Assembly: GCA_963698265.1 (NCBI GenBank)
Contig: CAVOQC010000001.1
Span: 1,106,680 to 1,170,679, forward strand
Origin: an uncultured beta proteobacterium
GTDB lineage: Bacteria; Pseudomonadota; Gammaproteobacteria; Burkholderiales; Usitatibacteraceae
Direction of reading: 5' to 3'
Length of the DNA stretch: 64,000 bases
Shown here: positions 1 through 11,007 of the stretch, piece by piece
Layout of the letters: every line of letters starts with the position of its first letter
How positions within the stretch are numbered: position 1 is the stretch's first letter
Notes under the pieces: model-generated
The model's database searches: none
The model's input: the letters and a program-made list of their open reading frames with translations, nothing else
What the model was told of the DNA's origin: nothing
Program-made: the position numbers and the translations under genes

Positions 1-413
1 ACGGTCGTCATGGTCCCGCGAAAGGCATGCTCCCCGTGGCTCCACGTTGCGATCGCCGGCGAGAGCGGCAACGCCGAGGCGAGCCGCAAGGGAAACTCGT
101 CATCGGGAAACAAAGCCTCGGCGGAGGCGAAGACCAGCGATCCGTCCGGAGTGGAAAGACGAACGCCGAGGTGAGGGTGGCCGATCAGCGCGTCGCTCAT
201 GCGCTCCGGAAGCGCGGCGAAATCCCCGGCCGTCCGGACCTTGGCAAGCGTGTGGCGCACCAGCGCGACCTTCCCGAGCAACTCCTCGCGATCCATGTCC
301 ACGAAGTGCGCCTGCACCGATACCGCCACGAAGCTTCCCAGCACCACGAGCACCGCGGTCGCCGCGAACCCGAACAGCAGGGTAAGCCGGAGCGTCAGGG
401 ACGGCCGGCGCAT
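1..413 (-). CDS. Heavy-metal sensor histidine kinase, N-terminal part (CusS/CopS family); 3' part lies outside the window
   Basis: Manual minus-strand translation from ATG (413-411) gives [59 protein letters not shown].... This is a TM helix followed by a periplasmic sensor start, typical of CusS-type kinases. The ATG overlaps the TGA of the upstream response regulator (ATGA). Absent from the ORF track because it runs off the edge. Confidence 0.75.
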   Translation of the reverse strand, partial: MRRPSLTLRLTLLFGFAATAVLVVLGSFVAVSVQAHFVDMDREELLGKVALVRHTLAKVRTAGDFAALPERMSDALIGHPHLGVRLSTPDGSLVFASAEALFPDDEFPLRLASALPLSPAIATWSHGEHAFRGTMTT

Positions 414-1093
414 CAGCGCGTTTCCGGCGTCTCGAGGACGTATCCCATGCCGCGCACGGTCTGGATGAGCTTGGGCTCGAAGCCGTCGTCGATCTTCGCG
501 CGAAGCCGGCGCACCGCGACCTCGATCACATTGGTGTCGCTGTCGAAGTTCATGTCCCAGACCTGGGAGGCGATCAGGGATCGCGGCAACACCTCGTCGT
601 GACGGCGCATGAGCAGTTCCAGCAGCATGAACTCCTTGGCGGTGAGGTCTATTCGCCGACCGCCGCGGTGCACCCGGCGGCGCAGGAGGTCGAGCTCCAC
701 GTCGGCCACTTGAAGCACCTCGGGCTCCGTGGCCCGTCCCCTGCGGAGCAGCGTGCGCACGCGCGCCAGCAGCTCGGAGAAGGCGAAGGGCTTGAGGAGG
801 TAGTCGTCGGCACCCAGCTCCAGCCCCTTCACCCGATCGTCCACCTGGCTCTTCGCCGTGAGGAAGAGCACGGGCATCATCCGCCCCTCCTTCCGGATGG
901 CGCGCAGCACGCCCCAGCCGTCGAGGCCGGGGAGCATCACGTCGAGGATGACCAGGTCGTAGTCCTCGGTCATGGCCTGGTGGCGGCCGTCGAGGCCGTC
1001 CCGGGCGAGGTCGACGACGAACCCCGCTTCCGCAAGGCCCTGCCGGAGGTAATCGCCTGTCTTGGGTTCGTCCTCGACCACCAGAATCTTCAT
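413..1093 (-). CDS. OmpR-family heavy-metal response regulator (CusR/CopR-like)
   Basis: [36 protein letters not shown]...[13 protein letters not shown] receiver domain plus winged-helix C-terminus (GMGYVLE). I prefer the start at 1093 (MKIL) because a GGGAGGG SD lies just upstream. The track ORF extends to 1120. Confidence 0.92.
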   Translation of the reverse strand: MKILVVEDEPKTGDYLRQGLAEAGFVVDLARDGLDGRHQAMTEDYDLVILDVMLPGLDGWGVLRAIRKEGRMMPVLFLTAKSQVDDRVKGLELGADDYLLKPFAFSELLARVRTLLRRGRATEPEVLQVADVELDLLRRRVHRGGRRIDLTAKEFMLLELLMRRHDEVLPRSLIASQVWDMNFDSDTNVIEVAVRRLRAKIDDGFEPKLIQTVRGMGYVLETPETR

Positions 1094-1160
1094 CGTCCCT
1101 CCCTGGTCCATGCAGGACACGGCGGGATTCTTGCGCGCCTTCCGGCAAGCTGGCCGGATC

Positions 1161-1177
1161 CTTACGGGATTGTAATG
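1161..1177. promoter_or_regulatory. Candidate CopR/CusR-type operator (imperfect palindrome TTAC-N6-GTAA)
   Basis: cTTACgggatTGTAATg sits in the divergent intergenic region between the regulator gene and the DUF411 gene. It resembles the TGTAAT-containing copper boxes of CopR/CusR/PcoR regulators. One copy only. Confidence 0.3.
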
Positions 1178-1278
1178 TCGATGTCAGGCTGGAGTGGGGG
1201 CAGGAAAACCATCATGCAGGAAGCGCGGGGAGGCCGTTTGCCCGCCCGCGACCCCCTTGCCAACCAGGGATTCCTCCG

Positions 1279-1722
1279 ATGAAACTCGTTCCTGCAACCC
1301 TCGCCGCGGCGCTGCTCTCCCTTGGTTCCGCCGGCGCCCTCGCTGCACCTGACACGGTCGTCGACATGTACAAGAACGCCAACTGCGGCTGCTGCGACAA
1401 GTGGGCGGAGCACATGGAGCGCAACGGTTTCAAGGTCCGCACGCACGAATTGCCGGACGCGAGCGCGTATCGCGAGCGCGCGGGCATTCCGGCGACCTAC
1501 GGAAGCTGCCACACCGCGATGGTCGGAGGCTACGCGGTCGAGGGTCATGTGCCGGCCGCGGACGTAAGGCGCCTGCTCCGGCAGCGTCCAAAGGCAGTCG
1601 GCATAGCCGTTCCCGGCATGCCCATGGGCTCGCCCGGCATGGAACAGGGCGGCATGAAGCAGGCGTACGAAGTGTTGCTGGTGAAGACCGGCGGCGCGAC
1701 CGAAGTCTTCGCGAGGCACTGA
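1279..1722 (+). CDS. DUF411 / CopG-like periplasmic copper-binding protein
   Basis: Signal peptide, then NANCGCCDKWAEHM and VPGMPMGSPGME motifs characteristic of DUF411 (CopG) proteins of copper-resistance clusters. Confidence 0.88.
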   Translation: MKLVPATLAAALLSLGSAGALAAPDTVVDMYKNANCGCCDKWAEHMERNGFKVRTHELPDASAYRERAGIPATYGSCHTAMVGGYAVEGHVPAADVRRLLRQRPKAVGIAVPGMPMGSPGMEQGGMKQAYEVLLVKTGGATEVFARH

Positions 1723-1724
1723 CG

Positions 1725-2075
1725 ATGGCCGGGCGAACCACTTCCGCGAAATCGCCAGGCAACACGCTTGTCCTGGTGGCCATTGCCGCGGGCCTTTCCA
1801 CCGCGGCTGCCGCCCAGCCTGCCGCGGGGCCGGCCGACGCGAAGGCGAGCGTGCCGCCCACGGCGTACGAGTCCCCTTTCGCCGGCTACCGCGGGCACGC
1901 CGACGCGAAAGTGGGTCACTGGCGGGGCGTGAATGAAGAAGTGGGTCGCATCGGCGGGTGGAAGGCCTACGCGAGAGAAGCCTACGAGGCTTCGCAGGCA
2001 GCGCAGTCCGGTGCGAAGCCCGCGCCCGTCGCGCCGCCTCCATCAAGCCATCCCGGCGCGAAACCGCCGCAATAA
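1725..2075 (+). CDS. Small secreted hypothetical protein (Ala/Pro-rich)
   Basis: ATG at 1725 lies 3 nt after the DUF411 stop. Hydrophobic signal-like segment LVLVAIAAGLSTAAAAQP. Same strand and tightly packed with the copper genes. No family recognised. Confidence 0.55.
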   Translation: MAGRTTSAKSPGNTLVLVAIAAGLSTAAAAQPAAGPADAKASVPPTAYESPFAGYRGHADAKVGHWRGVNEEVGRIGGWKAYAREAYEASQAAQSGAKPAPVAPPPSSHPGAKPPQ

Positions 2076-2100
2076 CAGCCGCCCGGCAGAGGGGGAACAG

Positions 2101-3525
2101 ATGGGGAAAACCATGAGCCGGATCGGCCGGCCGGTGATCATTATCGCGACAGCGGTCGCACTGGCCGGCTGCGCCTCTTTCAGCCCTGACGGCGGCTTCG
2201 CCGGCGTGGCCGACGAGGTGCGCTTGCGTACCGGCAAGGAAACAGCCTGGGCGCGCTCCGATGGCGAGCGCGGCGAGATCGACGCGCGCGTGGCGGAGCT
2301 CGTTTCGAAGCGCCCGCTCGGCGCCGACGACGCGGTGCAGGCCGCGATCCTCAACAACCGCGGGCTGCAGGCGTCCTTCGCCGAGCTGGGCATGGCCGAG
2401 GCGGATCTCGTGCAGGCCGGCCGCCTGCCCAACCCCCACTTCTCGATGTTTCGGGCGAAGCTGGGCCACGACTACAAGATCGAGCAGGCGCTCACCTTCA
2501 ACCTCTTTTCCCTGGTGACCGCGCCGCTCGCGCTCGAGGTGGAGAAGCGCCGGTTCGCGCAGGCGCAACGCCAGGCCGCCCTCGAAGTGCTTCGCATGGC
2601 TTCCGAAACCCGCAAGGCGTGGATCACGGCGGTGGCCGCCGAGGAGACCGTGCGCTACCTGCGCAAGGTGCGCGAAGCGGCGGACGCCGGGGCGGAACTC
2701 GCCCGGCGCATGGAGCAGGCCGGCAACTGGAGCAGGCTCGCGAGGGCGCGCGAGCAGGGGTTCTATGCCGATGCCGCACTGAACGTCGCCCGGGCAGAGC
2801 ACGCGCAAGTCGCCGCGCGGGAACGGCTGACGCGCCTCCTGGGACTGTGGGGCGAAGAGGCGGCCTACGCGCTTCCCGAACGGCTTCCGGACTTGCCGGA
2901 GCAGGCCGAGGAACGGCCCGACATCGAGCGCCAGGCCCTGGCGCAGCGGCTCGACGTGCGAGCGGCGATCCTCGAGACCGAGGCGGTCGCCCGCAATCTC
3001 GGCCTCGCGAAGGCCACGCGTTTCGTGAACGTGCTCGAGTTCGGGCCGGCGCGCGTCCTCGAGGGCGAGAAGACGGACCCGTACAAGAAGGGCTACGAGA
3101 TCGCGCTCGAGCTTCCGCTCTTCGACTGGGGCACCGCGAGGATCGCCAAGGCCGAGTCGATCTACCGCCAGGCGCTCGACCGTGCCGCCGAGACGGCGAT
3201 CCATGCGCGGTCGGAAGTGCGCGAGACCTACCGCGGCTACCGGATCAGCCACGACATCGCGAAGCACTACCGCGACGAGATCGTGCCGCTGCGCAAGCGG
3301 ATCGCGGAGGAGAACGTGCTGCGCTACAACGGCATGCTGATCGGCGTCTTCGACCTGCTCGCCGACGCACGCTCCCAGATCGCGAGCGTGAACGGCTACC
3401 TCGAGTCCTTGCGTGATTTCTGGATCGCCGAGGCCGACCTGCAGATGGCGATGATCGGCCGCGTGGGAGCGTCCGCCGGGCCGAGGATGGCCGCCACCCA
3501 ACCCGAAGCGGCCGCTGGCCACTGA
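2101..3525 (+). CDS. TolC-family outer-membrane efflux lipoprotein
   Basis: Lipobox VALAGC. Two OEP-type repeats (AILNNRGLQASFAELGMAEADLVQAG...; ...IAEENVLRYNGMLIGVFDLLADARSQI). AGGGGG SD upstream of ATG 2101. Confidence 0.88.
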   Translation: MGKTMSRIGRPVIIIATAVALAGCASFSPDGGFAGVADEVRLRTGKETAWARSDGERGEIDARVAELVSKRPLGADDAVQAAILNNRGLQASFAELGMAEADLVQAGRLPNPHFSMFRAKLGHDYKIEQALTFNLFSLVTAPLALEVEKRRFAQAQRQAALEVLRMASETRKAWITAVAAEETVRYLRKVREAADAGAELARRMEQAGNWSRLARAREQGFYADAALNVARAEHAQVAARERLTRLLGLWGEEAAYALPERLPDLPEQAEERPDIERQALAQRLDVRAAILETEAVARNLGLAKATRFVNVLEFGPARVLEGEKTDPYKKGYEIALELPLFDWGTARIAKAESIYRQALDRAAETAIHARSEVRETYRGYRISHDIAKHYRDEIVPLRKRIAEENVLRYNGMLIGVFDLLADARSQIASVNGYLESLRDFWIAEADLQMAMIGRVGASAGPRMAATQPEAAAGH

Positions 3526-3541
3526 CCAAGGAAAGCGCACG

Positions 3542-4951
3542 ATGACTTCGAGACGCGACTTTTTCCGGAACGCCGGCGTGGCCGGGGCGGCGCTGGCGGC
3601 CGCCTCCGTGAGCCGCGTGTCGATGGCGGCCCTTCCCGAGCCGGTCCTCATGCAGAAGCCCGACACGCAGCCTCCCCTCATCCCCTCCAGCGGCAGGCCG
3701 TACAACCCGGTCGTGACGCTCAACGGCTGGACGCTGCCCTGGCGCATGGTGAACGGCGTGAAGGAGTTCCATCTGGTCGCCGAGCCCGTGGTCCGCGAGA
3801 TCGCACCGGGCATGAAGGCGCATCTCTGGGGCTACAACGGCCAGAGCCCGGGCCCGACGATCGAGGTGGTCGAGGGCGACCGCGTGCGCATCTTCGTCAC
3901 CAACCGCCTCCCGGAGCACACGACGATCCACTGGCACGGCCAGCGCCTGCCCAACGGCATGGACGGCGTGGGAGGGCTCAACCAGCCGCAGATTCCCATG
4001 GGCAAGACCTTCGTGTACGAGTTCGTCGCGCGCCGCCCGGGCACTTTCATGTACCACCCGCACGCCGACGAGATGACGCAGATGGCCATGGGCATGATGG
4101 GCTTCTGGGTGACGCATCCGAAAGGGCGCCACCCGCTCATCGACGTGGTCGACCGGGACTTCTGCGTCATGCTGAACGCCTTCGACATCGACCCCGGCAG
4201 CTACACGCCGAAGATCAACACCATGCTCGACTTCAACCTCTGGATGTGGAACAGCCGCGTGTTTCCCGGCATCGACTCGTTCAACGTCCGCCTGGGCGAC
4301 AAGGTGCGGATGCGCTACGGCAACCTCACCATGACCAACCATCCCATCCACCTGCACGGGCACGAGTTCCTCGTCACCGGCACCGACGGGGGGCCGACGC
4401 CGAAATCCACGCGCTGGTACGAGGTGACCACGGACGTCGCGGTGGGGCAGATGCGCCAGATCGAGCTGCTGGCCGACGAGGAGGGCGACTGGGCGATCCA
4501 CTGCCACAAGTCGCACCACACGATGAACGCGATGGGCCACGACGTCCCCACGATGATCGGCGTGGACCATCGCGGGCTCGCCACGCAGATCACCTCCCTC
4601 ATTCCCGACTACATGGTGATGGGCGAGCGCGGCATGGCCGACATGGGCGAGATGGAGATGCCGCTGCCCGACAACACGCTGCCGATGATGACGGGCACCG
4701 GGCCCTACGGCGCGGTGGAGATGGGCGGCATGTTCACCGTCTTCAAGGTGCGCCGCGACCAGAAGCCGGGCGATTACGGCGACCCGGGCTGGTACCGGCA
4801 GCCTCCCGGAACGCAGGCCTGGGAATGGACGGGGCCGATTGCCGAACCCGCGCGGTTCAGGTCCGAGGGCGGGCAGTCGATGCCGGCTGCGCGCAGCGGG
4901 CCGGCCATGGAAATGAAGGTCCGCAAGCCGCAGGGCCATGGAAACCACTGA
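3542..4951 (+). CDS. Multicopper oxidase (Tat-exported)
   Basis: Twin-arginine signal MTSRRDFFRNAGVAGAALAA. Copper ligand motifs HWHG, YHPHAD, HPIHLHGHEF and HCHKSHHTMNAM. Confidence 0.92.
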   Translation: MTSRRDFFRNAGVAGAALAAASVSRVSMAALPEPVLMQKPDTQPPLIPSSGRPYNPVVTLNGWTLPWRMVNGVKEFHLVAEPVVREIAPGMKAHLWGYNGQSPGPTIEVVEGDRVRIFVTNRLPEHTTIHWHGQRLPNGMDGVGGLNQPQIPMGKTFVYEFVARRPGTFMYHPHADEMTQMAMGMMGFWVTHPKGRHPLIDVVDRDFCVMLNAFDIDPGSYTPKINTMLDFNLWMWNSRVFPGIDSFNVRLGDKVRMRYGNLTMTNHPIHLHGHEFLVTGTDGGPTPKSTRWYEVTTDVAVGQMRQIELLADEEGDWAIHCHKSHHTMNAMGHDVPTMIGVDHRGLATQITSLIPDYMVMGERGMADMGEMEMPLPDNTLPMMTGTGPYGAVEMGGMFTVFKVRRDQKPGDYGDPGWYRQPPGTQAWEWTGPIAEPARFRSEGGQSMPAARSGPAMEMKVRKPQGHGNH

Positions 4952-4976
4952 TCGGGCGAGCCCGAGGAGACAAGAC

Positions 4977-5477
4977 ATGAAGAGAACCGCATCCCTTGCC
5001 GCAGCAGTGATCCTCGCGCTCGCCGCCGCGAACGCCCTTGCCCACGGCGACGAGAAGCACGGCAAGCCGATGATGGCGAAGCCCCTGTCGATGGAGGAGC
5101 ACTCCTTCGGCCGGCAAGGCGACCCCGCCCGCGCGAGCCGCACCGTCCAGGTCGACATGAGCGACGCCATGCGCTTCAGCCCCGCCGAGATCCGGGTGAA
5201 GCGCGGCGAGACGATCCGGTTCGTCGTGAAGAACGGCGGCAAGGTGCTGCACGAAATGGTGATCGGCAACCTCGCGGAGCTGAAAGCCCACGGCGAAATG
5301 ATGAAGAAGTTCCCGAACATGGAGCACGACGAGCCCTACATGGCCCACGTGGCGCCCGGGAAGGTGCAGGAGATCACCTGGACCTTCACGAAAGCGGGCG
5401 AGTTCCATTTCGGCTGCCTCGTGCCCGGACACTTCGACGCGGGGATGATCGGCAGGATCGTCGTCGCCGCGACATGA
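4977..5477 (+). CDS. Cupredoxin-fold (plastocyanin/azurin-like) blue copper protein
   Basis: Signal peptide. C-terminal type-1 Cu site pattern FHFGCLVPGHFDAGMIG (Cys-x4-His-x4-Met) with upstream LHEMV His. GAGGAGA SD before ATG 4977. Confidence 0.85.
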   Translation: MKRTASLAAAVILALAAANALAHGDEKHGKPMMAKPLSMEEHSFGRQGDPARASRTVQVDMSDAMRFSPAEIRVKRGETIRFVVKNGGKVLHEMVIGNLAELKAHGEMMKKFPNMEHDEPYMAHVAPGKVQEITWTFTKAGEFHFGCLVPGHFDAGMIGRIVVAAT

Positions 5478-5517
5478 CCCCCGTCAATCGACACAACCCC
5501 TGGAAATGGAGAGCCCC

Positions 5518-5916
5518 ATGAAGATCCTTGCCGCCACGCTGGCCCTTTTCGCGGCCGCAGCGATACCCGCTTTCGCACAGTCGCACGGTTCGATGCACGC
5601 CCCGGCGCAAACCCAGGCGCAGATGCCGATGCAGCATTCGACGCCCGCCCAGGGCCAGATGCCGATGCAGGGCGAGATGCCCATGGCGGGCGGCGCCCGA
5701 TCCGACGGCGAAGTTCGAAAGGTCGACAAGGAAGCCGGCAAGATCACGCTCAGGCACGGCCCCATCGCGAACCTGGACATGCCGCCCATGACCATGGTCT
5801 TCCACGTGAAGGACCGCGCCATGCTCGACAGGGTGAAGGTGGGCGAGAAGGTGCGCTTCGCTGCCGAGGACAAGGGCGGCGCGCTGACTGTGACGGCCAT
5901 CGAGCCGGCGAAGTAG
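5518..5916 (+). CDS. CusF-like periplasmic Cu(I)/Ag(I)-binding protein with Met/His-rich N-terminal extension
   Basis: GEVRKVDKEAGKITLRHGPIANLDMPPMTMVFHV matches the CusF OB-fold core (H...M.M). The N-terminus carries QMPMQ...QMPMQGEMPM. GGAGAG SD favours ATG 5518 over 5506. Confidence 0.85.
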   Translation: MKILAATLALFAAAAIPAFAQSHGSMHAPAQTQAQMPMQHSTPAQGQMPMQGEMPMAGGARSDGEVRKVDKEAGKITLRHGPIANLDMPPMTMVFHVKDRAMLDRVKVGEKVRFAAEDKGGALTVTAIEPAK

Positions 5917-5934
5917 GGCCGGGGCGGGACGCCG

Positions 5935-6480
5935 GTGCCGCTCGGTCCGAGCCTGCGCTGGGTGGTGCCCGTTGCGGCGGTCGCGGCCGGAATTGCGCTT
6001 CGCGACTGCCTGTTCCTCGCAGCCGCGGGCCCGCTGGCGCTGGGAGCGTTCTACCTGGGCATGGACGCAAGGCCGCCCGCCAACGCCTTGCGGGGCGCGG
6101 TGCGGTGCGCGCTCGCCGGCCTCGCCTCGATCGCAGGGGGGGCGGCGCTCATAGCCGCCATAGTTGCGGCCCTGAACGGCGCCTGGAATCCCGCCCATGA
6201 TCGTTTCCACGCCGGTGCGTGGCTGCTGGCGGCGTCGGTGGGCGCATATCTTGTCCTGTCGGCCGGGGGGATGCGGCAACTCGCCGCAAGCGCATTCCGG
6301 TGGAGCGCGTTCGGGCTCGCGGTCCTGCTGGCGGTGCTGGCGGTGATCCCGCTGGCTGCCGGGCTCGCGTGGAGCGTCTGCGCCCTGCCGATCGCCACCG
6401 CCGCGCTGATGGTCGCCGCCGGGTGGCGGCTGCTGCGGGAAGTCTCGCCCGCGATGCTCCAGCTCGGGCAACGGCGCTAG
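5935..6480 (+). CDS. Hypothetical polytopic membrane protein
   Basis: 181-aa ORF with GTG start and about 5 hydrophobic helices (VVPVAAVAAGIAL..., LAGLASIAGGAALIAAIVAAL..., FGLAVLLAVLAVIPLAAGLAW...). No family recognised. Confidence 0.5.
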   Translation: MPLGPSLRWVVPVAAVAAGIALRDCLFLAAAGPLALGAFYLGMDARPPANALRGAVRCALAGLASIAGGAALIAAIVAALNGAWNPAHDRFHAGAWLLAASVGAYLVLSAGGMRQLAASAFRWSAFGLAVLLAVLAVIPLAAGLAWSVCALPIATAALMVAAGWRLLREVSPAMLQLGQRR

Positions 6481-6514
6481 CCCGGCGCGCGCCGCGAGGC
6501 CTTGCCCCCGCGCA

Positions 6515-6742
6515 TCAACCTCCGAGGTTTCGCCTGGTTTCCTGGAATTCCTCGACGCCGATTTCGCCTCGCGCAAGTCGCTGCCGGAGGATCTCGAGCG
6601 CCTCGTCGTCCCGGGCACTGCGACCGGATCGCCGGGACAGGTAGGCGGCCACCGCCACGGCTATCGCGACCGGCACCAGCCACCACAGGATCATCAGGAG
6701 ATCGCCATCGAACATGCCGCCGCCGTGAGCCATTCCGTACAT
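6515..6742 (-). CDS. SHOCT-domain small membrane protein
   Basis: TM helix LLMILWWLVPVAIAVAVAAYL followed by ALEILRQRLARGEIGVEEFQETRRNL (SHOCT-like C-terminal motif). Strong AAGGAGG SD before ATG 6742. Confidence 0.75.
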   Translation of the reverse strand: MYGMAHGGGMFDGDLLMILWWLVPVAIAVAVAAYLSRRSGRSARDDEALEILRQRLARGEIGVEEFQETRRNLGG

Positions 6743-6939
6743 GATCCCCTCCTTCGGCGAATGCGTTGTCGTCAAGTTTCGACCCGCAGGTGCCGGATCG
6801 GTTCAGGGTGCGGGCCGAATCGACGCGGCTTTCGGAGATGTCGAAAATGTAAGGTCGCCGTCAGGCTCCGGTGCAGGTGCGTCTTCCACAATGACGATGT
6901 TCGACACATTCGGGCAACCCACACGATTGGAGAGCTGAC

Positions 6940-7476
6940 ATGAAACGCATCCTCACTGCCGCGATGATCGCCGGGCTCGCGCTCGCGCCGACGGCCTACG
7001 CCAACGACGCGCACCATCCCGACAAGGACAAGGCGCCGGGAGCAGCAGCGGCACAGCCGGCGAAGGCACCGGGGGACCAGACGGCGCAGCAAATGCAGGA
7101 GAACGTGAAGCGGATGCAGTCCCAGCTCGACGGCGTTCGCAAGGCGAAGGACGCCGTGCAACGCGAGAAGCTGCTCGCCGAACACATGCAGACGATGCGC
7201 GAGAACATGATGCTGGGCAACTCCATGATGCAGGGCGGCGGCATGGGCATGATGGGCGGTCAGGGCGGCCATGGCGGCATGGGCATGATGGGCGGCCAGG
7301 GCGGCATGGGCATGATGGACCAGTGCATGAAGATGATGGGCGGCATGTCAGCCGCGGGCCCGTCCGATGCGTCCGCGCGCCTGGACCAGATGGAGAAGCG
7401 CATGGACATGATGCAGATGATGATGGGACAGATGGCGGGACGCGCCATGCCGCCATCGGCCGAACCAACGAAGTAG
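6940..7476 (+). CDS. Secreted Met/Gly-repeat protein (candidate periplasmic Cu(I)-binding or chaperone-like protein)
   Basis: Signal peptide MKRILTAAMIAGLALAPTAYA. Helical Gln/Met-rich segments. Central QGGGMGMMGG-QGGHGGMGMMGG-QGGMGMMD repeats. C-terminal MEKRMDMMQMMMGQM. GGAGAG SD. Confidence 0.8.
   Translation: MKRILTAAMIAGLALAPTAYANDAHHPDKDKAPGAAAAQPAKAPGDQTAQQMQENVKRMQSQLDGVRKAKDAVQREKLLAEHMQTMRENMMLGNSMMQGGGMGMMGGQGGHGGMGMMGGQGGMGMMDQCMKMMGGMSAAGPSDASARLDQMEKRMDMMQMMMGQMAGRAMPPSAEPTK
7231..7320 (+). repeat. Three imperfect in-frame tandem repeats (30/36/24 nt) encoding the GGMGMMGG units
   Basis: cagggcggcggcatgggcatgatgggcggt / cagggcggccatggcggcatgggcatgatgggcggc / cagggcggcatgggcatgatggac, read directly from the sequence. 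Confidence 0.9.
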
Positions 7477-7588
7477 GTTCGCGGCTCGCGGGCGCGTTCT
7501 CCCGGACCGGGCTGCTCGCGCCCTCGAAGGACCCTTGACCTGAGTGCGACGAGCAGGTCGAGCACGAGACTTCGAGAAGGGGACCGTA

Positions 7589-10004
<2,416 letters not shown>

Positions 10005-10027
10005 TCCGCGGGAAAGGAGCCAAATCC

Positions 10028-10351
10028 ATGATCGGCATCGAGCGCACCGTCGAATACGGTTCCCCGGAAGGGGCCGGCCGGGCCGGCCCGGCGCCGCGGA
10101 TACCGCTGGTTCCGCTCGGGATGAGCCTGGGGGTGTTTTTGGCGGTGAGCTACTGCGCCTGCATCGCCTTCGACCTGCTCTTCCCCGATCACGCCATGCA
10201 CGAAACCTGGCATCGGCTGCTTCCGGGCTTCACGTGGCTCACCTGGCCCGGCTTCCTGATCGGTCTCGTGGAGAGCTTCGCCTACGGGTGGTACGTCGCC
10301 CTGGTCTTCGTGCCCCTCTACAACTTCTTCGCGGAGCGTTCGAGGCGATGA
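10028..10351 (+). CDS. Small two-TM membrane protein, hypothetical
   Basis: AAGGAG SD 7 nt before ATG 10028. Hydrophobic helices [19 protein letters not shown] and [24 protein letters not shown]. It is the in-frame tail of track ORF 8936..10351. Confidence 0.65.
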   Translation: MIGIERTVEYGSPEGAGRAGPAPRIPLVPLGMSLGVFLAVSYCACIAFDLLFPDHAMHETWHRLLPGFTWLTWPGFLIGLVESFAYGWYVALVFVPLYNFFAERSRR

Positions 10352-10440
10352 CGACCCCCTCCGCCCGGCATCGAGCCGTCCGGTGATTCGGGCCGCGCGA
10401 GCCTCCGGGCGGGTGGCGAAACAGGGTCCGCGGAAATGGG

Positions 10441-10462
10441 CTGCGGCCCCGGAGGGCCGCAG
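10441..10462. terminator. GC hairpin between convergent genes (possible bidirectional terminator)
   Basis: CTGCGGCC-ccggag-GGCCGCAG, a perfect 8-bp stem. Only weak T-tracts on either side. Confidence 0.35.
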
Positions 10463-10500
10463 CGTGCTTCGAGCCGGATGGCTTCCGTGCGTCGCGGAGA

Positions 10501-10893
10501 TCAGGATCCGCCGGTGCGCTCGAGCGCGATCTTCTCCGCCATCGTGAGCGGACTCGTGTCCGCGACCCGGTGCATGTGACCGACCGGGTCATCCACGTGC
10601 GCGAAGCTTCCGCTTTGGTAGGCGTATTCCATCGGCCGGATCTGCCAGCCGCCCTCGCCGCCGAGGTAGACGTACTGGCGATCGACGGAGAATTCGCCCT
10701 TCTTCAGCAGTCCCGTGCCCTTGGCCGTCGCGATGCCTTGCGCAGCGCCGATTTCGGAGACGACGATGGCCGAGCCGGCCTCGTCCTGGGTGGCCTGCCA
10801 GAAACCTCCGGCGAGCGCCGAGAAGGGTGCGCCGAGCGCGAGGGTGATGCCGAGAGCGAGTGCGGATGTGCGAATTTTCACGAATGCCTCCAT
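10501..10893 (-). CDS. Secreted hypothetical protein
   Basis: Signal peptide (VKIRTSALALGITLALGAPFSALA). An alternative GTG start at 10881 has a better-placed GGAGG. No family recognised. Confidence 0.6.
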   Translation of the reverse strand: MEAFVKIRTSALALGITLALGAPFSALAGGFWQATQDEAGSAIVVSEIGAAQGIATAKGTGLLKKGEFSVDRQYVYLGGEGGWQIRPMEYAYQSGSFAHVDDPVGHMHRVADTSPLTMAEKIALERTGGS

Positions 10894-11007
10894 CTGGTGG
10901 GTCGGTCGCCCGTTTCGGGCGGAACCGGCGACGGCCGGTACGGTTCCCACTCTACGGGCGCGACCCTGACGGGACGGGCACGGCAGCATTACATGCGTGA
11001 AGTCTTT

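Noticed and set aside
1162-3813. 883-aa minus-strand ORF spanning the DUF411, small protein and TolC-like genes. The same class includes 3245..5320(-), 26544..29585(-), 45214..47916(-), 50269..52467(-) and 55644..59249(-).
   Set aside because: These are antisense shadow ORFs typical of high-GC DNA. The translations are Arg/Pro/Gly/Ala-rich with no recognisable motifs. Each overlaps genes on the other strand that have clear family signatures and sensible start and SD contexts.
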